IMG/VR virus record: IMGVR_UViG_3300032284_003381
Coordinates: 1-61,131 of that record
Reading direction: 5' to 3' (one strand)
From: a virus
Taxonomy: Duplodnaviria; Caudoviricetes
DNA length: 61,131 nucleotides
Positions within the stretch are counted from its first letter, which is position 1. Each line of letters starts with the position of its first letter. The position numbers and the translations under genes are program-made. Below are positions 47,915 to 56,515 of the stretch, piece by piece. The notes below the pieces were generated by a model that did not search any database, was not told the origin of the DNA, and saw only the letters and a list, made by a program, of their open reading frames with translations.

Positions 47915-48451
47915 ATTCCAACTGAAAATGAACGCAAATATATCATTGAATCTTGTTGTGAAGATCAAGCAAAAAAAGATGCAATTGAAGCATATGCAGT
48001 TTCTCAAGGTTATTTGACCACAAGTAGTAAAATTGCAACTAGAGTCAGAAAATTAGTCAATAAATCAAACAATTCTGAAAATTATGTGTTTACTTTAAAG
48101 GTAAGTACGAATGGTCGTTGTGTTGAAATTGAAAAAAATATTGACAAGAGAGATTTTGATGATTTATGGGCAATTGCGTTAAATAAGCTTGAAAAAATAA
48201 GATATGTTATTAGTCACGAAAAAATGAATTGGGAAATTGATTTTTTCAAAAATTGTAATGGTGAAACATATTTGGCAGTTGCAGAAATTGAATTGCCAGA
48301 GAACGGTACTAATGAACCCGAAAGTTTGCTTAATTTGGTAAAAGAAAATTTATTGTTCGAAGTACCATTGAATGACACTAGATTTTCCAATAAGTTATTG
48401 GGAGATGCCAGTTATGTGGTAAAAGTTTTAGAAGAAATTAAAAGAAAGTGA
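47915..48451 (+). CDS. CYTH/triphosphate tunnel metalloenzyme, apparent ATT start
   Basis: The ExExK motif (TENERKY) lies 5' of the tracked TTG. Other motifs: QGYL, RVR, FTLK, EIE, LEKIRY, WEIDFF, AEIE and FSN. Confidence 0.85.
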   Translation: MPTENERKYIIESCCEDQAKKDAIEAYAVSQGYLTTSSKIATRVRKLVNKSNNSENYVFTLKVSTNGRCVEIEKNIDKRDFDDLWAIALNKLEKIRYVISHEKMNWEIDFFKNCNGETYLAVAEIELPENGTNEPESLLNLVKENLLFEVPLNDTRFSNKLLGDASYVVKVLEEIKRK

Positions 48452-48460
48452 GAGTGAATT

Positions 48461-48763
48461 TTGAAGTATGAAATTGTAGAAAATCTTCCTGTTGCACGTT
48501 TTTTTTATAAGGGATCGCACACGCATCCTGTTAGGCGTACTATTCTTGTGATCGAATCAAATCGTGATTTTATTCAAGGATATGAACTTCGAGAAGGAAC
48601 TACTGTAAGAACTGCCGAAAAGGCACCAGTTAAAACTTACCTTCGATCAAAAATTGCTAGAGGAATGAGTCTAAGAGCAAATAATCCAATAAGAAAGTCG
48701 TCCCCCAATAAAAGCACTTTGGTGAGACGACCCTTGATCGATATCATAAAAGTAGGTGCATGA
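48461..48763 (+). CDS. Small basic protein, possible stand-alone WYL-like domain
   Basis: VARFFYKG...VRRTILV...IQGYEL...VKTYLRSKI parallels the WYL pattern FxY...R.V....L.G.D...RtFr.drI. Confidence 0.5.
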   Translation: MKYEIVENLPVARFFYKGSHTHPVRRTILVIESNRDFIQGYELREGTTVRTAEKAPVKTYLRSKIARGMSLRANNPIRKSSPNKSTLVRRPLIDIIKVGA

Positions 48764-48797
48764 AAAAAGAGGGGACAAAAATCCCCTCTTTTTTTTT
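48763..48797. terminator. Bidirectional intrinsic terminator between convergent genes
   Basis: AAAAAAGAGGGGA-caaaaa-TCCCCTCTTTTTT. Confidence 0.85.
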
Positions 48798-49578
48798 ATT
48801 TCTTTCGACTTACAATATTTTCGACAACATCTTTGCCAAGAATTTCTTCAGCACAATTTTTAACAGGCGAAACTTTGTTTTTAATTTTGTGCAAATTAAC
48901 AAAGCCGTGAACCTCATCATCTTCTTGCGTGATTTGTTCAACATAATCAAAATTGTGCTCATACCATTCTTCGCCCAAGAATTCATAAATTGCTTGCATT
49001 GTGTCTTTTGGCTTAGATGTCAAACTATTAAAATCAACAAAAAACAAGCGATTTTGGAATCCTCTTTTAATTGCATCATCAATTCGATTCAAAGCAATTC
49101 CAACAGGCTGTTCAGGTCTCATCCAATAATCACATCTTCCTTGAATTGTCTGAAATTGGAAATAGTTTTCCTTTTCGCCGGGCGGCTGTTTTATTTTAGA
49201 AGTTTCACGATATAATTTTTCAAAACTGGCTAAAATTTCTACAACTGGACGAACAGGAACTAGAATTTTAACTTGTTCTTCTAAAAGATCTTCTATTAAC
49301 TCGATATAAGGAAGCCACCCTCTGCTTTTATCAAATATAACGGGCTTTTTTATATCTTGATGATATGCTGAAACTATAGCCTTTAAAACGTTTCTACATT
49401 TGTCAGGACATGGAGCAGCTTTATGCTGCACTAATCCTGTCCAAGTATTCCTAACGCTAAACAATACGTCAACTAGACCACTTGTCGCAGTACCATGAAA
49501 TCTTGGATTCTGACATAAAATATTTTGCAGAAGTGTCGATCCCGACCTTGGTAATCCTGAATTAAAATAAAGCTTCAC
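48796..49578 (-). CDS. PAPS-dependent sulfotransferase
   Basis: 5'-PSB SGLPRSGSTLL, DKSRGW and 3'-PB PVRPVVEILAS. GTG start with AGGAGG SD. Confidence 0.88.
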   Translation of the reverse strand: MKLYFNSGLPRSGSTLLQNILCQNPRFHGTATSGLVDVLFSVRNTWTGLVQHKAAPCPDKCRNVLKAIVSAYHQDIKKPVIFDKSRGWLPYIELIEDLLEEQVKILVPVRPVVEILASFEKLYRETSKIKQPPGEKENYFQFQTIQGRCDYWMRPEQPVGIALNRIDDAIKRGFQNRLFFVDFNSLTSKPKDTMQAIYEFLGEEWYEHNFDYVEQITQEDDEVHGFVNLHKIKNKVSPVKNCAEEILGKDVVENIVSRKK

Positions 49579-49596
49579 GGTTCCTCCTAAAATGTT

Positions 49597-49630
49597 AAAA
49601 AGCCGCCAAACATGTTTATGCTTGACGGCT
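49597..49630 (-). terminator. Intrinsic terminator
   Basis: Minus strand AGCCGTCAAGCAT-aaac-ATGTTTGGCGGCT-TTTT, with G-U pairs on this strand. Confidence 0.7.
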
Positions 49631-49652
49631 ATGTTAAGCTAAACTATGCTAA

Positions 49653-49955
49653 TTACAACAAGTTTTTCTTTGTTGCATAAGCCAATACAGCAGCATTGAT
49701 TGCATCCATGAGAGCACCCAATTCAGGTGTATCAGCCATTTCTTTCATCATGTCTAAATTAATTGCAATTCCTGAACTTCCATCTTCGCTTTCTGGCATC
49801 AAAACAACGCCATTATCTAGATTTGCACGTTGTAGATGAATGGATGTCTTTGCCTTTGTTCCATCAAGCTTAGCCAAGAATTGTGTAACAAACCACTTGT
49901 CATAGTTAATTCCGCTAACTGCTGGAGCGGCTACAGGTTGTGATGCACTAATCAT
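49653..49955 (-). CDS. Hypothetical protein downstream of the adhesin (possible fibre chaperone)
   Basis: Strong AGGAGG SD and position right after the adhesin. The function is inferred from position only. Confidence 0.65.
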   Translation of the reverse strand: MISASQPVAAPAVSGINYDKWFVTQFLAKLDGTKAKTSIHLQRANLDNGVVLMPESEDGSSGIAINLDMMKEMADTPELGALMDAINAAVLAYATKKNLL

Positions 49956-50014
49956 AAAAAACCTCCTAAAAATTTAAAAATCATGAACTTTCTTTCTTTT
50001 ACTTCCTTGTTATA

Positions 50015-52255
50015 TTAAACAGGAGTATTTTCGACGAGAATTCCTTTCCAATAGAATCGTCCTAAACATGTTGAGGCATCTGAAGCTGTCGTGACTTTTG
50101 CATTAATTTGAACTTGATGCCCATTGTGATTAATGTTGTTGTAAATCCATCTTTCGCCGGTGGATTTAACACTTGTTAATGTGTCTCCAAGGATTTGATC
50201 GTCATTTCCATAGAAGCCAAATCTTACAACAGGATACTGCGATCCATCACCTGTGCCATTATTCAATATAATGCCAACTTCATCACAATAGAACGTACAA
50301 TTATTTGGAATATTAGCATAGTATAGTGTTCCGGTGCTTCTAAAATTAACTTGTTTACTCATAATCACATTCTGTGTACCAGAGTAAAACAAGAATGCCT
50401 CATTAGCACTTTCACCACCGTCACCACGAATGACAATACCACCAGAAATATTAACCGTTCTATCTCGGCGAGCCACTGCGGCATAACCAAGAGCTACAGA
50501 GTAATCTGCAAATGCACTTGATTCACTACCAATTGCTAAGGCATCATATCCATCAGCATAGTTTTTGTGACCAATTGCGCTTGCTCTACTGACACTTGCT
50601 GTATTTCTGTAACCAATTGCAGAAGCACCCCAGTAACCAGAAGCATCGTTTTCATAACCAATTGCACTTGATCTATCGCCGCTTGCTGTATTGATCACAC
50701 CCAAGGCAGAAGATTTCTCGCCTGAAGCTATGTTGCCTTCACCAAATGCACTTGCACGCCAATCACCTGCATAGTTTTTGTGACCAAACGCAGATGATTT
50801 GCTTCCCGATGCTAGGTTTTTATAACCAATTGCAGAAGAACTCCAATAGCCATCAGCAGTGTTGTTGTAACCAACTGTTGTACTTCTATTTACGTAACCA
50901 TAATATGCTGGCAAACCGGAATAGTTGTAGGAACCGATTGATGTACAATTTTGACCATATATGTAGTTTTGATTACCAACTGCTGAAGAATAATCTCCAT
51001 AACAGCTATTGTTGTAACCAGTGGTAATTGAATAACTACCTGTAACAGAGTTGTTGCCGCCAATTGTTGAAGAATAATATCCATAAACACTATTGCTATA
51101 ACCAGCAGCAAGTGAATGGCTGCCTGCTACATCGTTCATGCTACCAACAGCAGTTGAATCAAATGTGTTATAAAGAGCATCGCCAACATTGTTTTTGTGT
51201 CCAAAAGCACTCGATCTAGACTGATAAACATTGTTTCTATAACCGAACGAAGAAGAACCCCAATAGCCGGAAGCTTCGTTTTCGTAACCAACAGCACTAG
51301 CCTTTATTCCGCTTGCAACGTTATTTGAACCAAATGCAGAAGCTTTGTAATTAGAAGCTGTATTGTCATTACCAAATGCCGAAGACTGTCTGTCGGAAGC
51401 ATAGTTTTTGTGTCCAAAAGCTGCTGCTTGACTGTATTCTGCACTATTTCTATAGCCGATTGCAGAAGAACTCCAATATCCACTTGCGTTATTTCTAAAT
51501 CCTACAGCAGTTGCTCTGTTGACAGGATTTCCATATCCGTCAGAAACATCTGAAGAATAATTTCCATTGGAAGTATTGTTGTATGCACCAACAGATGTGT
51601 TATACGCACCATTTGTATAGTTGCAATAACCCATTGCTGTTGAGGAATAGCTGTAATATGAATAAGATGCATCAACAGTGTTATCGTAACCAACAGCCGT
51701 TCCATTGTTTTGATAACATTTATTGAAGTATCCCATTGCTGTTCCATTGTTGGAATCTGCATCATTTCGATATCCGACAGCAACAGATGCCCACCCAGAA
51801 TAGTTGTAATAACCGACTGCCGTGCTGTAACTTCCGTTTGAGTAGTTATTAGTACCCACAGAGGTTCCACGGTATCCAGCAATGTTGTTATTACCAAGTA
51901 GAGTTGCATACTGTTCTGTGTATGATGTATTGTCATAACCAACAGCAACGCCTTGGTATCCAACATGATTGTTGTATCCAATTGCTGTTGCAAGATCAGA
52001 GCTTACATCGTTGGCAAATCCAATAATTGTTCCATAATTGCTACTTGTGGTACATCCATTTCCAACAATGATATTTGAAAGGGAGCTAAATGGATTGGTT
52101 CCATCATTAACTGAGGCATCTTTAAAAAGATATGTTACAAGTTGACCTAAATTAATTCTTACTGTATCTGTACCAACAGCATCTTCTGCTGGGAATTGAT
52201 ATGTTGAATCAATGTCTCCTTGGTTAATTACGTCTAATTGATAAATTCTCGTCAT
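50015..52255 (-). CDS. YadA-head (Hep/Hag) beta-roll repeat protein, probable tail fibre/adhesin
   Basis: Dozens of ~14-aa S(S/T)A(V/I/F)G(Y/H)xNxA repeats. No signal peptide or autotransporter anchor. AAGGAG SD. Confidence 0.85.
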   Translation of the reverse strand: MTRIYQLDVINQGDIDSTYQFPAEDAVGTDTVRINLGQLVTYLFKDASVNDGTNPFSSLSNIIVGNGCTTSSNYGTIIGFANDVSSDLATAIGYNNHVGYQGVAVGYDNTSYTEQYATLLGNNNIAGYRGTSVGTNNYSNGSYSTAVGYYNYSGWASVAVGYRNDADSNNGTAMGYFNKCYQNNGTAVGYDNTVDASYSYYSYSSTAMGYCNYTNGAYNTSVGAYNNTSNGNYSSDVSDGYGNPVNRATAVGFRNNASGYWSSSAIGYRNSAEYSQAAAFGHKNYASDRQSSAFGNDNTASNYKASAFGSNNVASGIKASAVGYENEASGYWGSSSFGYRNNVYQSRSSAFGHKNNVGDALYNTFDSTAVGSMNDVAGSHSLAAGYSNSVYGYYSSTIGGNNSVTGSYSITTGYNNSCYGDYSSAVGNQNYIYGQNCTSIGSYNYSGLPAYYGYVNRSTTVGYNNTADGYWSSSAIGYKNLASGSKSSAFGHKNYAGDWRASAFGEGNIASGEKSSALGVINTASGDRSSAIGYENDASGYWGASAIGYRNTASVSRASAIGHKNYADGYDALAIGSESSAFADYSVALGYAAVARRDRTVNISGGIVIRGDGGESANEAFLFYSGTQNVIMSKQVNFRSTGTLYYANIPNNCTFYCDEVGIILNNGTGDGSQYPVVRFGFYGNDDQILGDTLTSVKSTGERWIYNNINHNGHQVQINAKVTTASDASTCLGRFYWKGILVENTPV

Positions 52256-52329
52256 ACTCTTTTCTCCTTGACATATCGAGTGTCCGTAGTGATCCCATTA
52301 TAAACTTCGATTACATCATGTGATGAAGT

Positions 52330-52515
52330 TTCAAGTGCGGAAATTATATAATTAGGATATAGATGTTTGTTTGTGGCTATTGTATAATCTCGCCATAAAA
52401 TTGTGCAATCTCCTTCGCATGGCACAAGTTTTAAGTTACAGACAATAATAGCCGGAATATAAGATTTTATATTTTTGAGCATTGAACAACCATAAAACAT
52501 AAATTCCGCCTTGAA
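52330..52515 (-). ncRNA. Candidate structured leader RNA upstream of the adhesin
   Basis: Nested complementary segments on the minus strand: TTCAAGGCGGAA/TTCCGCACTTGAA, GGCTATT/AATAGCC, TAAAA/TTTTA, TTGTGC/GCACAA and AATATAA/TTATATT. Confidence 0.35.
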
Positions 52516-52682
52516 CAATTTTATGTGTTTAATATATCTATTAAAGATTTTAGATTTTAAAAATCGGAATAATTCCAATCTACAGCAGTTTTAGATAAAT
52601 CATAAAACGATCTAATTATTTTTTGTTTTTTAATTGATTTTTCAGAATACCCAATTACAGAAATTTTTTGAGAATTACAGCC

Positions 52683-52716
52683 AAAAGGCAGGTTGTGCAA
52701 TTTGACACAACCTGCC
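52683..52716 (-). terminator. Intrinsic terminator
   Basis: Minus strand GGCAGGTTGTG-tcaaattg-CACAACCTGCC-TTTT. Confidence 0.8.
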
Positions 52717-52771
52717 CATTCTTTTGAAAGTAGTTCTCGCCAGCCTTCTTTTGGCATATTCTAAATGCTTA

Positions 52772-53323
52772 TCACATAAAAAATACAATATAACATAGAC
52801 CGATGATTTGTGCAGCAATGATTCCAAGTAGAATTTTATCAGAAGCAGAATATCCAGAAACTTCTGCACGACTTTGAATTTCGTCAGCGATTCCTAAACT
52901 ATTCAATTTATTCGAAAAATCACTAGGTTGGTCCTTAACAGCCTTGACCGCAGCAACTATGGCTTCGATCATTTCTTCTTTTGTAACATGACAATCATTT
53001 TCAACGTTCAAAACAGAAACCGCTGGAGCATTTGTACTAATATGTTCCACAAGTTGCATTTGAACTTTTGGATCAATAGATTCTACTTTTTGCTCAACAA
53101 CCTGTCCTGTTTTAACATCTAAAGTTTCGATTGTACGTTCAAAAACAAATGGCTTGGTCTTTTCTTTTACACGCTTCTGTAAACGTAAAGGACGTTCATC
53201 TTCAATGTGAAGCTCAATTGTTCGTTCACCTTGTCCATCTTCGTCTTTTACTTCTGTGATTCTCTTTTCAACTCGACGACCATCATCAAGCACCCATCTT
53301 TCGACATCTTCAAAGTCATCCAT
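52772..53323 (-). CDS. Hypothetical protein with C-terminal transmembrane helix
   Basis: GGAGG SD and C-terminal ILLGIIAAQIIGLCYIVFFM. Confidence 0.7.
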   Translation of the reverse strand: MDDFEDVERWVLDDGRRVEKRITEVKDEDGQGERTIELHIEDERPLRLQKRVKEKTKPFVFERTIETLDVKTGQVVEQKVESIDPKVQMQLVEHISTNAPAVSVLNVENDCHVTKEEMIEAIVAAVKAVKDQPSDFSNKLNSLGIADEIQSRAEVSGYSASDKILLGIIAAQIIGLCYIVFFM

Positions 53324-53372
53324 AATTCCTCCAATATAGAAGTGGCGGTCTATTATTATATATTCAAGTAGA

Positions 53373-53723
53373 TCATTTTTTTGGTCGAACTCTTATCTCT
53401 ATAATATTTACCGATTTGTCAAAAGTTTGAAATGCACTAATTTCAGCTAGATTCTGAGCATCTTCATACGTTTCAGCTACAATTGTAGAAAGATTCTTGT
53501 ATTCTATTCCTAATCCCTGATTAAATCTCACAACTGCTTCCCAATTAAGCACTTGCGGACTTTTTAAAATTTCAATTGCCGATTCGACTGCTAATTCGTA
53601 ACTATCAAACTCTTTTTCATTTATAACAATTTCGTTATTTGGCACTGATTCTTTTTTTAGAATAAATTTTCCATTATTTGGAAAAATAATAAAGCCATTC
53701 ATCATTAAATCACGCAATTCCAT
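53373..53723 (-). CDS. Hypothetical protein
   Basis: ORF directly after the 53726 stop, with probable ATG at 53723. Confidence 0.6.
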   Translation of the reverse strand: MELRDLMMNGFIIFPNNGKFILKKESVPNNEIVINEKEFDSYELAVESAIEILKSPQVLNWEAVVRFNQGLGIEYKNLSTIVAETYEDAQNLAEISAFQTFDKSVNIIEIRVRPKK

Positions 53724-53725
53724 CT

Positions 53726-54250
53726 TTACAGTCCCCATTTGAGTTTCAAAATTTCCAGAATTTCTTTTTTATTTTTTTCTGCAATTTCTGCTAATTGTCG
53801 TTTTTCCAATGGTTTTCTTTGTCGTTCTATTTTTCTAGAAAGATTAAATAAATGCTCAATTTTATCTTCCCAATCTTCATAAGGAGCATATCCTTCTAGT
53901 TCGCCACCAACTTCTTTATACACTGTTTGCCCTTCATACTTAACTGTGATTTCACGAAAATGCGATAAAACAGATATTGTCATGTTCATGCCACGAGATA
54001 AACCATCAAAATGAACTCCAATTTGATAACTTTCTTGTTCATCATCTAGGGTAGGAATATCTCCTTCATCTTTTGCATCTTCTTCAAAAGGATCAGAAAG
54101 ATAGCTTGTATCAAAATACAATCCGCCTTGTCGAATTATTGGGTATCCTAAAAACTTGGCAATTGTAGAAAACTTTCCTTCAAGTCCCATATATCCTTTT
54201 TTCATAGCCTCGATAGTTCGGGCTTCTTTAAGCATTTGCTCTTTATTCAT
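53726..54250 (-). CDS. Hypothetical protein
   Basis: 174-aa ORF with GAGGGG SD. Confidence 0.7.
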   Translation of the reverse strand: MNKEQMLKEARTIEAMKKGYMGLEGKFSTIAKFLGYPIIRQGGLYFDTSYLSDPFEEDAKDEGDIPTLDDEQESYQIGVHFDGLSRGMNMTISVLSHFREITVKYEGQTVYKEVGGELEGYAPYEDWEDKIEHLFNLSRKIERQRKPLEKRQLAEIAEKNKKEILEILKLKWGL

Positions 54251-54314
54251 ATTTGCCCCCTCAATTCATATATATTAGTGTCACAGCAATAGAACAAAAT
54301 ATAGGTGGAAAATC

Positions 54315-56015
54315 ATGTTTAAAGGAATTGCGAACTGGTTTAAATCAATTATAAGTCCAAATAAAGTTAAATCTTTAGCAACAATAGTTTTTCCTACAAA
54401 TCAACAAATAGTGAGCGGAAAGGTCTATCTTAATGACCCAACAAACCCAGACTTGGTTACTGAAGAAATCAATCCCGAAAAGACTATTCTTTCTATGCGT
54501 GCGATAGGAGAACAAGGTGTTGGCTATCCTATGGGAAGTATTCAACAACAAGCATTGGCTCTTAAAATTATGGTCAATGATTCATTGAATTACATGGCAT
54601 CTAAAAGCCCAAAACAAATAAATCATTGGTCTTCAGTTAAATCTTTAAATTTAATTTGTCGTGAAGGAAAAGACATAAACGCATATTATGATCGTGGAGC
54701 TTTAAAATTTTTTTACTTTGGCGATATAGTGCGACAAAAAAATATTTATGCCTGTGATTCCAGACCAGTTGTGTGTCATGAATTTGGTCATGCATTTTTA
54801 GACATTTTACGTCCTGACTTTTGGAGCGCACAATCAGCAGAAGTTTGGGCATTTAGCGAAGCATTTGGAGATATGACTGCAATTTTATCAATGATACAAT
54901 TCGATAAATTGCTGCAAAGAGCCATCGAAGAAACACACGGCGACCTATTAAAATCAAATATTATAACCAGAATGGCAAGTGAAATGGGATCTGGTTTATA
55001 TCATCTTACAAACGGACAAAATGGAGAATTGCCATATTGTCTACGGGATTTATCCAATGATTTTAAATATGTTCAACCTGAAAAATTGCCTACAGAAGGT
55101 CGTGATGATGAAATCATAAATGAATGTCATAGTTTTAGCAGAATATTTAGCGGTGCTTTTTATGAACTTTTAATTAAAATGGCAAATCAAAATTCTGAAC
55201 TGCCAATCATTGATGCAATTAAGTCCGCAAGCGATACTCTTGCCAACTATTTACTTAAAGCTGTGGCAACAGTTCCTCTAACTGTGCGACTTTTTGAAGC
55301 AATGTGCAATCAAATGATGCAAATTGATAAAGCTGAAGGTGGAAAATATCAAAATATTATGACCGAAGTCTTTACAAAAAGAAATTTAATTTCCGCACAA
55401 GTTATGACGCTTGAAGATATCGACATGGAAACCTTTATCAAAGACGTGAAGGAACCACACGAAATTCAAGTTCATGGTGAAAACAAAATTGTTAGAACTT
55501 TATCGACCAAAAATATAAAATTATCAGAAAAATTAGAAATATTTGCACTTGAAAAAAATGAATTATTCAATCTTGAAATTGAAGTTCCAAATCAGGCAGC
55601 TTATTATTTCAATGAAGAAAACAAGTTAGTTAATATTGTCGAAGCAGATGAGAACGAAATTGTTGATGCCGCACATACATGTCTCCATATATTGAATATG
55701 AAAAATTTGGTTGGAGAACATGAAAATGCTTTGTTTCAAGAGGAAAATGGAAAATTAGTTCGAAAACAAATTGTTTGCAAATGCAACAAGCCAAACTATT
55801 GCGACCCAAATGCTCCAGAATACAATAAACCTTGGAAGCCAGTAAACAATTCTGGTTGCGTTTCTTGCGTCCAAAGAAACTGCAAGCCTAGATCTTGCGA
55901 TTGCAATCCTGTTGAAAAAGTTCCTCCTCCAAAATTAGGCTGTTACACAACAGTCTCAAAAAGTGGAACAAAAACCTATCGCTATGGAAGCTCTGCTTCT
56001 AGAAAAGTTTGTTAA
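54315..56015 (+). CDS. Thermolysin/fungalysin-like (M4/M36) zinc metalloprotease with Cys-rich C-terminus
   Basis: DINAYY, VVCHEFGH, AFSEAFGD and ECHSFSRIFSG. The C-terminal segment has about 10 Cys. Confidence 0.85.
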   Translation: MFKGIANWFKSIISPNKVKSLATIVFPTNQQIVSGKVYLNDPTNPDLVTEEINPEKTILSMRAIGEQGVGYPMGSIQQQALALKIMVNDSLNYMASKSPKQINHWSSVKSLNLICREGKDINAYYDRGALKFFYFGDIVRQKNIYACDSRPVVCHEFGHAFLDILRPDFWSAQSAEVWAFSEAFGDMTAILSMIQFDKLLQRAIEETHGDLLKSNIITRMASEMGSGLYHLTNGQNGELPYCLRDLSNDFKYVQPEKLPTEGRDDEIINECHSFSRIFSGAFYELLIKMANQNSELPIIDAIKSASDTLANYLLKAVATVPLTVRLFEAMCNQMMQIDKAEGGKYQNIMTEVFTKRNLISAQVMTLEDIDMETFIKDVKEPHEIQVHGENKIVRTLSTKNIKLSEKLEIFALEKNELFNLEIEVPNQAAYYFNEENKLVNIVEADENEIVDAAHTCLHILNMKNLVGEHENALFQEENGKLVRKQIVCKCNKPNYCDPNAPEYNKPWKPVNNSGCVSCVQRNCKPRSCDCNPVEKVPPPKLGCYTTVSKSGTKTYRYGSSASRKVC

Positions 56016-56051
56016 AAAACTATTGATCGAGATTTAATTCGTGTTTATGTT

Positions 56052-56087
56052 TATCGGACTTGTAAAAACAAGTCCGATATTTTTTTT
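56052..56087 (+). terminator. Intrinsic terminator
   Basis: TATCGGACTTGT-aaaa-ACAAGTCCGATA-TTTTTTTT. Confidence 0.88.
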
Positions 56088-56165
56088 AAAAATAAAAAAA
56101 TATTGATATTTTTTGAGATTTCTAATCTATGATATGTATCAACAGTTTTCAAAAGGAGACATAAC

Positions 56166-56513
56166 GTGAGTATGAACAACAAATTTAACGCCTATAAAGA
56201 TCGTTATACAACCTTCTTTTCAGATGATTGGAATGACGATGATGATGAAGATGATGAAGATGACGACGATTGGGACGATGAATACGATGAAGATGATGAC
56301 GACGACGATGACGATGATGATTTAAAACAATGGTATAATAACAACGACGATGATGACGACGATGACGATGATGACGACGATGACGATGATGACGACGATG
56401 ACGATGATGACGACGATGATTGGGACGATGATGACGATTGGGACGACGAATTTGACGACGATGATGATGACGATGACGATGATTGGGACGACGATGAAGA
56501 TGAAGATGAATAA
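56166..56513 (+). CDS. Poly-aspartate protein (~70% D/E) punctuated by Trp
   Basis: AAGGAG SD 7 nt before the GTG. Mixed GAT/GAC codons with in-frame TGG, and the stop lies 2 nt before the next ATG. Confidence 0.7.
   Translation: MSMNNKFNAYKDRYTTFFSDDWNDDDDEDDEDDDDWDDEYDEDDDDDDDDDDLKQWYNNNDDDDDDDDDDDDDDDDDDDDDDDDDWDDDDDWDDEFDDDDDDDDDDWDDDEDEDE
56346..56417 (+). repeat. 18-nt tandem repeat x4 within the poly-Asp gene
   Basis: GACGATGATGACGACGAT occurs four times. Confidence 0.9.
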
Positions 56514-56515
56514 AA

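Noticed and set aside
48760-49215. 151-aa plus-strand ORF and other antisense ORFs inside TMP, baseplate, terminase and portal (e.g. 60197-60676)
   Set aside because: They lie antisense to well-supported genes and have no motifs or SD. The 48760 ORF begins inside a terminator.
50015-52255. Diversity-generating retroelement target
   Set aside because: No reverse transcriptase and no template/variable repeat pair differing at adenines were seen in the window.
52557-52757. 66-aa ORF and a possible frameshift fusion with 52252-52578
   Set aside because: The ORF runs through a clear terminator hairpin, lacks an SD, and has no canonical slippery heptamer.
56103-56133. Sigma70 promoter for the poly-Asp gene (TTGATA...TATGAT)
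   Set aside because: The spacer is 19 nt in a very AT-rich tract, which is too weak to list as a feature.
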